Source: a virus (taxonomy: Duplodnaviria > Caudoviricetes). Taken from it: a stretch of 64,000 bases of DNA. The translations under genes and the position numbers were made by a program. Location of the stretch: the IMG/VR virus record IMGVR_UViG_3300008262_000055. One strand, 5' to 3'. Numbering within the stretch: the first letter of the stretch is position 1; each line of letters starts with the position of its first letter. The notes under the pieces were generated by a model. It did not search any database. It worked only from the letters and a program-made list of their open reading frames with translations, and was not told where the DNA came from. Shown here in pieces: positions 19,035 through 28,807 of the stretch.

Positions 19035-20055
19035 GATAGTTTCTACTCAAGATTCGGATTATTTAGAAGTACGTTGGAACCCTAACAATGTATGTAACTT
19101 CTCTTGTCGTTATTGTTTTCCCGGCTCCAACGAAGGTGATCACAAATCACCCAAGGATCTAGATCTTATCATCGATAACTTCAATCATTTTTTAAAACAA
19201 TATAGAGAAAAATTAGGTAAAACCAAAGTACATTTAAAGATTGCCGGCGGAGAACCTACACTCTGGAAAGACCTTGCGGTGTTTATTGATCGCATTAAAC
19301 AACAGAATGATGTTTACATTACACTGATATCCAACGGATCTCGAACCCTGCGGTGGTGGAAACAGTATGGGCATCTCATAGACAATGTTACACTCAGTTA
19401 TCATGTGGCACAGGCTAACTTAGAACATCACATAGAAGTAGCAGATACTATGTTTGAACTAGGTAAAAAAACCACTGTAATGGTATTAATGGATCCCGAT
19501 CATTGGGATAAAGCTGTAAGTGATATTGAATATATGAAAAGTTACAGCAGACACAAGTGGTTTATACAAACAGCTGAAGTCATAGAACCTGATCATATGT
19601 CATTAAACAAGATAAAAATCATCACAGGACAGGAACGTCGATATGATCAGGAACAAAAACGTTATATGAAATGGGGCTTAAAAAGATTACCCGGCTTAGG
19701 TTGGTTTATTAAGAATTGGAAAATCTTTGTAAACAATATAAAAATATGGGAAAGTAAAGCAACATTAGAAGATGGTAAAACTATTAATGCTAGACCACAA
19801 ACTTATATCAATAATAACTGGAATAATTTTAAAGGTTGGCAATGTAATTTAGGCATTGAAGGAGTTTACATACATTGGGATGGTACTATTATAGGATCCT
19901 GCTGGCAAAAGCTCTACGGTTTAGATTACAGTTTTAATATTCTTTCTGAAGATTTTGTTGAAAAGTTTAATCCAGAGTTTAAACCAGTGATCTGCGGAAT
20001 CAATAATTGTTTCTGCCAGCCAGAAACTCATATATCAAAATTTAAACTTAGTTAA
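19021..20055 (+). CDS. Radical SAM protein
   Basis: CNFSCRYC, AGGEPT, C-terminal C...C...CFC. Confidence 0.9.
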   Translation: MKPIKIVSTQDSDYLEVRWNPNNVCNFSCRYCFPGSNEGDHKSPKDLDLIIDNFNHFLKQYREKLGKTKVHLKIAGGEPTLWKDLAVFIDRIKQQNDVYITLISNGSRTLRWWKQYGHLIDNVTLSYHVAQANLEHHIEVADTMFELGKKTTVMVLMDPDHWDKAVSDIEYMKSYSRHKWFIQTAEVIEPDHMSLNKIKIITGQERRYDQEQKRYMKWGLKRLPGLGWFIKNWKIFVNNIKIWESKATLEDGKTINARPQTYINNNWNNFKGWQCNLGIEGVYIHWDGTIIGSCWQKLYGLDYSFNILSEDFVEKFNPEFKPVICGINNCFCQPETHISKFKLS

Positions 20056-20943
20056 CGGTATATCCGCAGCACAAGTACACCAGTCTCTTGTACATGAGAT
20101 TGGCTCTAATGGAACAGCAAATGTTCCTGTATAGATATTTCCTAGGCTACCACCTACACGACAAGTGGCACGATGTACTTCTCCGTCCCAGTTAATCATT
20201 AGACTTTCAATGCCCGCATGACATTTCCAATCTTTGAAATTGTTTATTTTCTTTTTGATGATATCGTTAGCGTGTAGATAAACTTTTTCTCCGCTATCTT
20301 CAGTTATTACTGTGTTAGGTTTGACCGTGGCATCTTTTGATAGTATCCATTCGAGGTCTTTACCGTCGTATCTCATGTCATCGAAAACATTGTGGTCACC
20401 TTCTGTCCAACGTATTCTACGAACAGCATACTTAATTCCTGCTTTGTCTAAAAATTCAACTGCTTCTCTAACATCACTCATATGATTATGATGTGCCATA
20501 ACATTAACAAAAAAGTCTAGATTAGTATCTGCGAACTTTAACTCGTGGATAGTACCTAATACCCTTTTCCAATCGTACTCAAAGTGTAAACTTATTACCA
20601 TATGATTAAAAAATATTGAATTATCTATGTACCATCTAGCAGTTCTAGTGCCGTTAGTTGTTACATTGACCCAGAAAATATCTTTACGCTTCATATAATC
20701 GAATAGATCTTCTATATCTGGATGTACACAAGGCTCCCCTCCGGTTAAACTAATACGTAAAGGTTTACCTAATTCGCAGAGTCGGTCTACAGTTTGTTCT
20801 AAAATATTGATATCAGTATGTGGACTGTAATGATCGTGAATGCTTTCCGGACAGTATGAGCAGTCGTAATTACAACGCTTGCCAATATTCCACTCAACTT
20901 TAATTTGATCTTGATGCGGCCATGAGGAGGTCACATTATACAT
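20035..20943 (-). CDS. Radical SAM protein
   Basis: CNYDCSYC, LTGGEP, CHAG...RATC...CTRDWCTC; start moved to MYNVTS. Confidence 0.9.
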   Translation of the reverse strand: MYNVTSSWPHQDQIKVEWNIGKRCNYDCSYCPESIHDHYSPHTDINILEQTVDRLCELGKPLRISLTGGEPCVHPDIEDLFDYMKRKDIFWVNVTTNGTRTARWYIDNSIFFNHMVISLHFEYDWKRVLGTIHELKFADTNLDFFVNVMAHHNHMSDVREAVEFLDKAGIKYAVRRIRWTEGDHNVFDDMRYDGKDLEWILSKDATVKPNTVITEDSGEKVYLHANDIIKKKINNFKDWKCHAGIESLMINWDGEVHRATCRVGGSLGNIYTGTFAVPLEPISCTRDWCTCAADIPLTKFKF

Positions 20944-22204
20944 ATGATTTAAATTCCGGTGTAATGTCTTCAAACTTCCATGTGTCTCTTGATTTATCCA
21001 GTCTATGATTGAATTCAACACAGTCGTTCCATTTATCATGTTGATCACGTGCTTGTAGATAGTTGATGTTGTCTTTTATCTGACCTAACGTATATTCTAA
21101 AAGCTGCGGATGTTCTTTAACTAATTTAAAGTCCTTGACTCGTAGACTCAATGCTTCTAATTTTTGTATCGCTAACTGTTTTAATTCTTTAGGTAACACC
21201 TGTGCTGATAATACTTTAGGATATTCTACCCTATGGGTATGAAATACTATGCCTAGATCATTTAAGAAGTATTCGCATATTTTATCTAAGGTCAAAATAT
21301 TGCTTACTTGTACAGTAACGGCACCTACTATACGACTTATATTAGATATAGTCTGTATCTGTTTGATGTTGTGTACCAGCTCGGCCCACGAAGCATTGCC
21401 CCTTATGTATTCATAGGTGCTGCCAACGCCGTCAATGCTAACATTTACTGCTACAGATTTAAATTTGGGCCAATACTCCCAGACAGTGCGATTGCTTTTA
21501 CCTAACATACTTAGATTAGTAGCATACTTGATTTCAATTTGATGCCCGTAAGGAGCCAGCATGTCTAATATGCGATAGTGCTGGGGATCCATTAACGGCT
21601 CTCCACCAGCAAACTCTACCCGGCGAAAGTGCGGTAGATTCTTTTCTAGACTAGCCCACCATTGTTCATTATCTTGAAACTTATCTAAGAAAGGTTTTTC
21701 TTTGAGATTATGTTCTTTTACAATATGAAACATAATATTATTTTCTTTTTCGTAGAATTCTTCTACTTGATCCCAATCGTTCCAACTGGTGCTATCCATA
21801 GGATGACACATACGACATTTAAGATTACACAAATTATTCAGCTTTAACTCCATAGTAGGAATTTCAAAAGGCATTTCAAACTCTTTGTTAATCTTGTGAT
21901 TAGCATTAGGATACAATTTAATACGTGCTTCGGGTATTTTACCGTTAATGTGTCGTTGTCTAAGACTTTCTACACCCTGATCCTCCAGACTGAAACAGGG
22001 TTCGCATTCTGGTGGACGAACACCGCCAAGCACCTGCTTGCGTATTCGTTTCATATTATCGTTATTCCAGATCTCTTCTAAAGTTTGTTCTTGTATCTGA
22101 CCAATAGGATGACTGCGACAACATACACATACTGCCCCATCTTCTCGTGTAGCAAGTCCTGTAAAAGGATGCATACAAAATGTTGAAGGATTACTGTTGT
22201 TCAA
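20936..22204 (-). CDS. Radical SAM protein with N-terminal SPASM/twitch-like domain
   Basis: N-terminal CMHPF...VCC...CEPC; CNLKCRMC; FAGGEP. Confidence 0.9.
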   Translation of the reverse strand: MNNSNPSTFCMHPFTGLATREDGAVCVCCRSHPIGQIQEQTLEEIWNNDNMKRIRKQVLGGVRPPECEPCFSLEDQGVESLRQRHINGKIPEARIKLYPNANHKINKEFEMPFEIPTMELKLNNLCNLKCRMCHPMDSTSWNDWDQVEEFYEKENNIMFHIVKEHNLKEKPFLDKFQDNEQWWASLEKNLPHFRRVEFAGGEPLMDPQHYRILDMLAPYGHQIEIKYATNLSMLGKSNRTVWEYWPKFKSVAVNVSIDGVGSTYEYIRGNASWAELVHNIKQIQTISNISRIVGAVTVQVSNILTLDKICEYFLNDLGIVFHTHRVEYPKVLSAQVLPKELKQLAIQKLEALSLRVKDFKLVKEHPQLLEYTLGQIKDNINYLQARDQHDKWNDCVEFNHRLDKSRDTWKFEDITPEFKSYV

Positions 22205-22922
22205 TTGCCCATGCCCTTTCTTTACACCAAAAACATTCTCCGCAAATAGGTACTTTTTGGCCTGGTTTATAATTTTTATAGTCTAACTTTTTAAATGTAC
22301 CCTCGCAGCTACGAGTAATATCAAATAATTTTTGTAAACCTAGATCTTTATACTGTTTTATTATCCAAGACTTTTCAATGAATCTGAACGGATGGACAGC
22401 AGTACGTCCCATATGGGTCATTAGTTTTAGGTGCTGGTTGTCTTCTGTTTCCTCTATATCTCTAGTAGGCATGCCTTGAAAATCTACATCACGTGGATTC
22501 CTGGTTACAGCATTATAATAGGCATTGACATTTTCTCTATGACAGATATATTCAGCATAGGCACGTTGTTCAATATTATCTCCACTGACTATTTTACCAT
22601 ACTCGTCGACCATTGTTGGGCCTTGATCACCCCACTCTAATTCAGGTGCGATAAAATTTGTATGTTTTTTAAAACCTATATGATGGAATTCTTGGAATAA
22701 AAATCTGTAAACCATCTGAGCATCGTGTTGTTGCCACGGCTTAGTTTTCCAGCAACGTATGTGATTAATGATATGTACATTAAACGGATAAAGATCGTTT
22801 TTTCTAACATAATCGCAGAGAATGTATGCCAGCAAAGCACTGTCGGCACCGCCACTGACACTTATAGCTATTTTATTCCAACTAGGGTCGAATGGAATAG
22901 TTAGTCCGTCTTGATTAATCAT
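22191..22922 (-). CDS. QueC-like PP-loop ATPase
   Basis: SVSGGADS PP-loop; TRSC...CGECFWC zinc site. Confidence 0.75.
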   Translation of the reverse strand: MINQDGLTIPFDPSWNKIAISVSGGADSALLAYILCDYVRKNDLYPFNVHIINHIRCWKTKPWQQHDAQMVYRFLFQEFHHIGFKKHTNFIAPELEWGDQGPTMVDEYGKIVSGDNIEQRAYAEYICHRENVNAYYNAVTRNPRDVDFQGMPTRDIEETEDNQHLKLMTHMGRTAVHPFRFIEKSWIIKQYKDLGLQKLFDITRSCEGTFKKLDYKNYKPGQKVPICGECFWCKERAWAIEQQ

Positions 22923-23763
22923 TGTTTTCCAAATATCTAATTAATGGGCTAACTCCTACCGGCTCACCTTGTCTTAGAGCTAGGTGAATACTGTTAGTAG
23001 GTGTTAGGTCGAAATCTTTACAAACTTTGTAGTATCTATCTCCGTGTGTGTTCCAGAGGTAATCATTTGGCAATTTGCGTATGAAATGTAACCCTATCAT
23101 TGCCAACGCTCTATTGTTCATATTAAAATCATTCATGATAGTAATAGAATCTTGTTTAAATTTTTTGGTCCATCTAAGACCTATTCTATTCCATCCTAAT
23201 CCTAACCCTTTAGAGAGGCTAATTGCCACAGATACCACACTAGGGTGATTAAGATTGAAACTAACAGAGCGGCAACACGTGATCCACGCTCCGTCGATAT
23301 GTACTGGGATATTTTTTTCCAAACATTCATTTAAGATGTCCTCCATGTTTTTGTGGGGTTGACCAACACTAGGAAAAGGCATAGCTATAATTAGTGGGAG
23401 TCCTGGGATTAGAGATCCTACATCTTTAACAAACGCTAACCCCAATCGGTCGTGGTACCTATAGTCTCCACTTACAACTTGTAGAGGTCCGTCCATATAA
23501 AGACTATCTATAAACTGTGTACAACCTATGACTATGTCTTTTCGTTCAAATGATTCTAGCCCCTGGATAGAATTTAATTTAGAAGACATTAACCACTGTT
23601 CGGTTTCTATTTTAAATTGATCATATACTGAGTCAGAAATGTCTTTATCTATGCGTCCATTTAGTACATCTGCGATTAGTTCTTCTATACGGTTATCGGA
23701 TAACGGTGAAGGTCTATCCACTTCTAGATATTGAGCAGAATAAATTGGTGCTATGCGAATCAT
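22915..23763 (-). CDS. PLP-dependent transferase-like protein
   Basis: HIDGAW and SLSKG.GLG..RIG motifs; start moved to MIRIAP at 23763. Confidence 0.65.
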   Translation of the reverse strand: MIRIAPIYSAQYLEVDRPSPLSDNRIEELIADVLNGRIDKDISDSVYDQFKIETEQWLMSSKLNSIQGLESFERKDIVIGCTQFIDSLYMDGPLQVVSGDYRYHDRLGLAFVKDVGSLIPGLPLIIAMPFPSVGQPHKNMEDILNECLEKNIPVHIDGAWITCCRSVSFNLNHPSVVSVAISLSKGLGLGWNRIGLRWTKKFKQDSITIMNDFNMNNRALAMIGLHFIRKLPNDYLWNTHGDRYYKVCKDFDLTPTNSIHLALRQGEPVGVSPLIRYLENND

Positions 23764-23790
23764 GAAATATTTAACCCTAAAATAGTAGCA

Positions 23791-23798
23791 TATAAATA
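23791..23798 (+). promoter_or_regulatory. T4-type late promoter, one of a divergent pair
   Basis: TATAAATA-TTTC-ATG; mirrored TAAATA-TTTC-ATG on the minus strand at 23761-23773. Confidence 0.65.
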
Positions 23799-23802
23799 TT
23801 TC

Positions 23803-25230
23803 ATGGTAGAAAAAAATAAAGTATTTTGGATCCAATCAACAGATACACAGTTAGGTCAATGGCAAAAACAAATTAAAGAAGTCACAGGATCTGACAGTTT
23901 TTGTGTGTTGCCATGGATACATCTAGCAACTAGACCCAATGGCGACATGAGGATATGTTGTGTAGCCAACGCATCCGGAGCCGAAAGTGGTGATTATACC
24001 GTGGGGCTCGTAAAAACAGAAAATGGTGAGCCTGCTAATTTTGGTAAAGACTTGCCCATCGATGCTTTTAATAATGACTACATGAAATCGGTACGCAAAA
24101 CAATGTTAGCAGGTGAAGTTCCTGCTAGCTGTTTAAAGTGTTATGAAGAAGAACAGCAGGGTATTGCTAGTAAACGTATATGGGAAACTGGTACTTGGTA
24201 TCTAAACGAAAAACTAGATATAGAAGAACTAATTAAAGAAACGCAAGAAGACGGATCTGTGCCTTATAAACTAAGATATCTAGATCTTAGACTTGGTCAT
24301 ACTTGTAATTTAAAATGTATTATGTGTAGTCCTCATGACAGCAGTCAATGGGTACCTGAACATAAAAAAGTTTATCCAATATTTCAAAGCCCGTTAATTA
24401 AGAAACAAATGGACTGGAGTCCTAGCCAGTTTAATAATTACTGGCATGAGAATCCTCAATTTTGGGAACAGGTATTTGATCAAATACCTAACATTCGCCA
24501 ATTGTATTTTGCCGGTGGCGAGCCTTTATTGATAAAAGAACATAGAAGATTATTAGAAGAAATTATTGATAGAGGTTATGCTGACCAAATCAGTCTACGA
24601 TATAACACCAACGGACTATTGATTAATGAAGAAATAATTTCAGTCTGGCAGAAATTTAAAAAAGTTAAAGTTGGTTTTAGTCTCGACGGCATGGAGCAAC
24701 GTGGACATTATATAAGATATCCTTTAGATTGGAATACCATAGAACAAAGTCTTAAATTATTAGATTCGGCTCCAGATAATATTCAAACTAATATTGCCTT
24801 TGCGGCACAGATTCTTAATATAAAACACGTTCCTGAGTTTATTAAATGGAAAGTAAAAAGTAATTTTAAAAAAATAAACTTTGATAAAAATGCCGCAGGG
24901 CAGACAATGGGTGGCGGATTAATGGGAGTTCATTTATTATGGATCCCTACGTGGCTAAGTCTTAGAGTATTGCCTGCTGCTGATAAAAAAGAAATTAGAA
25001 AATTGTTTACTGAACTTCAAACCTGGTTATGGGACAATTATACACACGATACAGAATTTTGGGAAACAAATCCTTACGGATGGAAACGGTGGGAGGGTAT
25101 ACTAGATTGGATGGATGCCGAGGATCATACTAATTTACTTCCAGACTTCCGTGAATATATTACTACTATGGATCGTCAGCGAGGTACTGATTTTAAAAAT
25201 ACATTTCCTGAACTAGCACATTTATTATGA
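23803..25230 (+). CDS. Radical SAM protein with N-terminal SPASM/twitch-like domain
   Basis: CVLPW...ICC...CLKC; CNLKCIMC; FAGGEP; start moved to MVEKNK. Confidence 0.9.
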   Translation: MVEKNKVFWIQSTDTQLGQWQKQIKEVTGSDSFCVLPWIHLATRPNGDMRICCVANASGAESGDYTVGLVKTENGEPANFGKDLPIDAFNNDYMKSVRKTMLAGEVPASCLKCYEEEQQGIASKRIWETGTWYLNEKLDIEELIKETQEDGSVPYKLRYLDLRLGHTCNLKCIMCSPHDSSQWVPEHKKVYPIFQSPLIKKQMDWSPSQFNNYWHENPQFWEQVFDQIPNIRQLYFAGGEPLLIKEHRRLLEEIIDRGYADQISLRYNTNGLLINEEIISVWQKFKKVKVGFSLDGMEQRGHYIRYPLDWNTIEQSLKLLDSAPDNIQTNIAFAAQILNIKHVPEFIKWKVKSNFKKINFDKNAAGQTMGGGLMGVHLLWIPTWLSLRVLPAADKKEIRKLFTELQTWLWDNYTHDTEFWETNPYGWKRWEGILDWMDAEDHTNLLPDFREYITTMDRQRGTDFKNTFPELAHLL

Positions 25231-25895
25231 TTTTTTTAACTCCGTACTCTGTAGACCAAACGCTCATCAAAGATGCTGTAGCTTCTATAGGATCGTTTGA
25301 TCATAAACAAACATTAAATGTGCCGTCAGGAGATTTTTTCTATGACGGCTGGTCATTAAAAGAAGAATTTATTAACACTCCATGGCAGAAAATTTTAGAT
25401 AGCATAAAAGAACCCATTGGGGAAGCACGTATTATTACACTAGAATCTGGTACAAATTACTATAGTCATTCGGATATTGATGATCGGTGGCATCTTTCAC
25501 TGGATGGTAATCAATCATTTCTAATCGATCTAGAAGATAAAACAATGTTTGAGACAGTCCAAGATGGTCAGTGGTATTTTATGAATGCTGGAAAACTCCA
25601 TACAGCGGCTAATTTTGGTCAAGTACCTAGACGACAGCTAGTCGTTAGGAATCTCTTAAAACGAAATATACTTGTAGATCCTGTTACAATAGAAATAACC
25701 AAAGCAGAGGAAACATTTGATTACAGATATCAGTTTGATCACAGAATAAGTCCATGGTTAAATACAGCTAATAAGCATGGTTACATTTCTAATTTTAGTT
25801 ACAATTTAGACAAAGTAATTTTATCAATAGAAAAAACAAAATTAGATGAGCTGTTAGTGTTATTAGAAAATTTATTTAGGGCGAAAATAATATGA
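25227..25895 (+). CDS. Aspartyl/asparaginyl beta-hydroxylase-like 2OG-Fe(II) oxygenase
   Basis: HSDID.RWHL...LHTAANFG...R. Confidence 0.75.
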   Translation: MIFLTPYSVDQTLIKDAVASIGSFDHKQTLNVPSGDFFYDGWSLKEEFINTPWQKILDSIKEPIGEARIITLESGTNYYSHSDIDDRWHLSLDGNQSFLIDLEDKTMFETVQDGQWYFMNAGKLHTAANFGQVPRRQLVVRNLLKRNILVDPVTIEITKAEETFDYRYQFDHRISPWLNTANKHGYISNFSYNLDKVILSIEKTKLDELLVLLENLFRAKII

Positions 25896-26470
25896 AATTT
25901 GTAGGAAACACCGCAGATATAATTGATTGGGATGAATTGTACACTACCATCAATGCTAGTAAAACAGACACATGGGTTAGAAAAATAACCTGGGATATGG
26001 AGCTTCCGGAGAACATATCGGAAACATATAAGAGAGATCAGTACAGAATTTTTTATCCTCTAATAAAAGTTGGATATGATAAGATGGAACATATACGGTG
26101 GCGGGTTTTCCAGCCTGGAATAGATTATGCTCAAAGTATCGATGATCAATTAGCCGAATTTGTAGGATGTAGACCATTTCTTAGTTGGATAAGTTGTATG
26201 GAACCAGGATGTATGGTTCCAATGCATATGGATACTTATAGATTAGATAAAATGAGAGAGTTTTATGACAACAAAGAAAAAGTAGTTAGATGTACAGCTC
26301 ATTTTCCTGATCCGTCTTTTGGTCATGTGTTTCTTTGTGAAGATACTTATTGCCATAATGAAGCAAAAGGTAATGTTTACATGTGGGATGATCCAGCTGC
26401 GTTACATGCCGGATGTAACTTTGGTATACACAAAAAGTATCTTTATAATTTTTTAGGTTTTAGATTGTAA
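25892..26470 (+). CDS. 2OG-Fe(II)/cupin oxygenase-like
   Basis: PGCMVPMHMD...LHAGCN. Confidence 0.75.
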   Translation: MKFVGNTADIIDWDELYTTINASKTDTWVRKITWDMELPENISETYKRDQYRIFYPLIKVGYDKMEHIRWRVFQPGIDYAQSIDDQLAEFVGCRPFLSWISCMEPGCMVPMHMDTYRLDKMREFYDNKEKVVRCTAHFPDPSFGHVFLCEDTYCHNEAKGNVYMWDDPAALHAGCNFGIHKKYLYNFLGFRL

Positions 26471-27096
26471 TGATTGTATATACTCCAATAGACATTTCTA
26501 TTAAAATTCCTAACAATGATATCTTAAAAGAATATTTTTTCAATAATTATATGACTAATCTAAAAGAAACATTTGGATATACGTCATTGTTATGTGCTTT
26601 AATTAGTAGGAATTCTGTAATTGATTGGAGAGACGCTACTCAAGTATTTGCTGACCACGCTGGGGATACGTTATATTATGCCCCTGGAACAAAGGAAATT
26701 TTTCCCGAACTTGTAGAGTTTATACACAGCTTGCCTTATAAAGAAATTATCGGAGCAGTATTAAATTTACATACTGAATACCTGCCGCCTCATCAAGATG
26801 AATTTATTAATTTAAATGTTAATGGTCCTGAGCGATATAATGTATTACTAACACCCCATTATGAACAAGAGTCTTTTTTTATTTGTAAAGAAAAAGACAG
26901 CGAAAAAATTTATCCTAAAATTTTAAAAGATTATCCTGTGTACGCATTCAGCAATAATAAAGTATATCATGGAGCAGATAAAGTACTAGACCAAAGAATT
27001 ATTTTAATCTGTGCTGGAATTTTAGATGAAGAAAAACACAACAACTTAATAAAAGCAAGTTCGGAAAAATTTAAAGACTATGTTATACGAGTTTGA
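26470..27096 (+). CDS. 2OG-Fe(II)/cupin oxygenase-like
   Basis: LPPHQD...YHGAD...R. Confidence 0.7.
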   Translation: MIVYTPIDISIKIPNNDILKEYFFNNYMTNLKETFGYTSLLCALISRNSVIDWRDATQVFADHAGDTLYYAPGTKEIFPELVEFIHSLPYKEIIGAVLNLHTEYLPPHQDEFINLNVNGPERYNVLLTPHYEQESFFICKEKDSEKIYPKILKDYPVYAFSNNKVYHGADKVLDQRIILICAGILDEEKHNNLIKASSEKFKDYVIRV

Positions 27097-27613
27097 TTGG
27101 AATACTGTTCTTAAAAACTTGCCTTTACAAGGAGGTGAGTCAAAAACCCCATCGGCTGATTTTTATAGAAACTTAGATGGAAGATTTGATTCGATAATAA
27201 ATCAATGGAAACAGGCAGGATACGATCAATGTGATAGTGTTGAGTGGATAAACTATTATCCTGATTCACACTATGATAGTAATGTAGCAGAAAAATTTAG
27301 TATATGGTCAAATTCTAAATGTGCTAGAAATTGGATCAGTAGGATGCGTCCTGGAAAAATGGCACCATTCCATCAAGACATAGACGATAATTTAGAAGAA
27401 TATCTTGCTATGGGAGAACTGGTCAGATTCAGTGTGTTTATTAGTCAACCTAGTCCTGGCGGATTATTTCTGCTTAAAGATCAAGTCTATCACAATGAAC
27501 CTCAAGGAAAGGTTATTATGTGGGATGATTATTTAGACTGGCATGCGGGTGTTAATTGCGGACTCACAGATAAATTCATGTTCCATTATTTAGGTGTTAA
27601 AAATGAAAAATAA
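27080..27613 (+). CDS. 2OG-Fe(II)/cupin oxygenase-like (paralog of 25892)
   Basis: PGKMAPFHQD...WHAGVNCG. Confidence 0.75.
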   Translation: MLYEFDWNTVLKNLPLQGGESKTPSADFYRNLDGRFDSIINQWKQAGYDQCDSVEWINYYPDSHYDSNVAEKFSIWSNSKCARNWISRMRPGKMAPFHQDIDDNLEEYLAMGELVRFSVFISQPSPGGLFLLKDQVYHNEPQGKVIMWDDYLDWHAGVNCGLTDKFMFHYLGVKNEK

Positions 27614-28169
27614 TTATTGCGTAGATTTAAAATTACCAGTACCACATCCGTTAAAAGATCCTACTGTATTAAATCAAACTGGATATGCTCCAGAAATATT
27701 CTTTGCAGATCCATCAAACGTTAATGAAGAATTTACTGCTTGGTTAGATCAACACGATCTAGTAATGACATATCCACCTTTGGTTTTTTATACTCCACCG
27801 AGGAGAGAATGCGGATTTCATATTGATGGTGATATTATCTGTGATCGTGCTGTAATGAATTGGATAGTACAAGGTTCTGGTAGTTTAATGCACTGGTATA
27901 CACTAGCACCTGATGCTAAAATTACCGATCAAGAAATTACCCAAGCAGGTACTCCTTATACTAGATATACAGAGGATCATGTTGTACATTTACACAGTCA
28001 AGAAGTTAAATGGCCTAGTCTAGTACAGACTGGGCTTCCTCATAAAGTTACTAATTATGGCGACGAATCTAGATGGTGCCTTAGTTGCGATATTAGTCTA
28101 AAATCTAATCCTGAAGCAGGCCTGACTATGGAACAAGCCAAAGAGATTTTTAAACAATGGATCATCTAA
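27603..28169 (+). CDS. 2OG-Fe(II)/cupin oxygenase-like
   Basis: GFHIDGD...PHKVTN...RWCLS. Confidence 0.7.
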   Translation: MKNNYCVDLKLPVPHPLKDPTVLNQTGYAPEIFFADPSNVNEEFTAWLDQHDLVMTYPPLVFYTPPRRECGFHIDGDIICDRAVMNWIVQGSGSLMHWYTLAPDAKITDQEITQAGTPYTRYTEDHVVHLHSQEVKWPSLVQTGLPHKVTNYGDESRWCLSCDISLKSNPEAGLTMEQAKEIFKQWII

Positions 28170-28807
28170 CTCAAGCACAACAAATTTTAAGATCAGGAAT
28201 TCCTTGGTTAGAATTAGACATACCATTCGATGTTGATGTATGGAAACAACAGGCATTAGAAGCTGAAAACTACTATCAAGAATATAGAGAGTCTAATAGT
28301 AAAAATTGGAGTAGCTGTTGCCTACACGGATTAGCCGTTGATAAAACTTATACTGCCGAGCAGTATGGTCACAGCGAATATCAGGCACCTTATCAATATA
28401 CCGAGCTGGCTTATCGATGCCCTATAATTACAGATTTTTGGAAGAACAAATTTCCTGCTGAACGATATACTAGAATAAGATTTATGAAAGTCGGAGCAGG
28501 CGGTATGATCAATTGGCATAATGACGGATCTATACCGGAAGACATTGATCCGTTGATGTCGATATTACCGATTAACCTAGCAATTATTCATCCTAAATCT
28601 TGCGATATGGAAATACAAGGACACGGTATCGTTCCTTGGAAAGAAGGAAAAATAATGATGTTAAACATTAGTAAAAATCATGCTGTATTCAATCGAAGCA
28701 GCAAAGATAGGATACACATGATAGCTAATATAATAGTAGGCAATCGAGTTGAAGAATTTTGCGATATGCTAATAAGATGTTATAATAAACAATATGGTAG
28801 AATTTAA
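28157..28807 (+). CDS. Aspartyl/asparaginyl beta-hydroxylase-like oxygenase
   Basis: RIRFM...GGMINWHND...HAVFNRS...RIHMI. Confidence 0.8.
   Translation: MDHLTQAQQILRSGIPWLELDIPFDVDVWKQQALEAENYYQEYRESNSKNWSSCCLHGLAVDKTYTAEQYGHSEYQAPYQYTELAYRCPIITDFWKNKFPAERYTRIRFMKVGAGGMINWHNDGSIPEDIDPLMSILPINLAIIHPKSCDMEIQGHGIVPWKEGKIMMLNISKNHAVFNRSSKDRIHMIANIIVGNRVEEFCDMLIRCYNKQYGRI

Noticed and set aside
684-22922. 7-deazaguanine DNA modification system (queD plus QueC-like)
   Set aside because: The two genes are 21 kb apart, the QueC-like gene sits in the tailoring cluster, and no DpdA, FolE or clear QueE is visible here. It cannot be excluded elsewhere in the genome.
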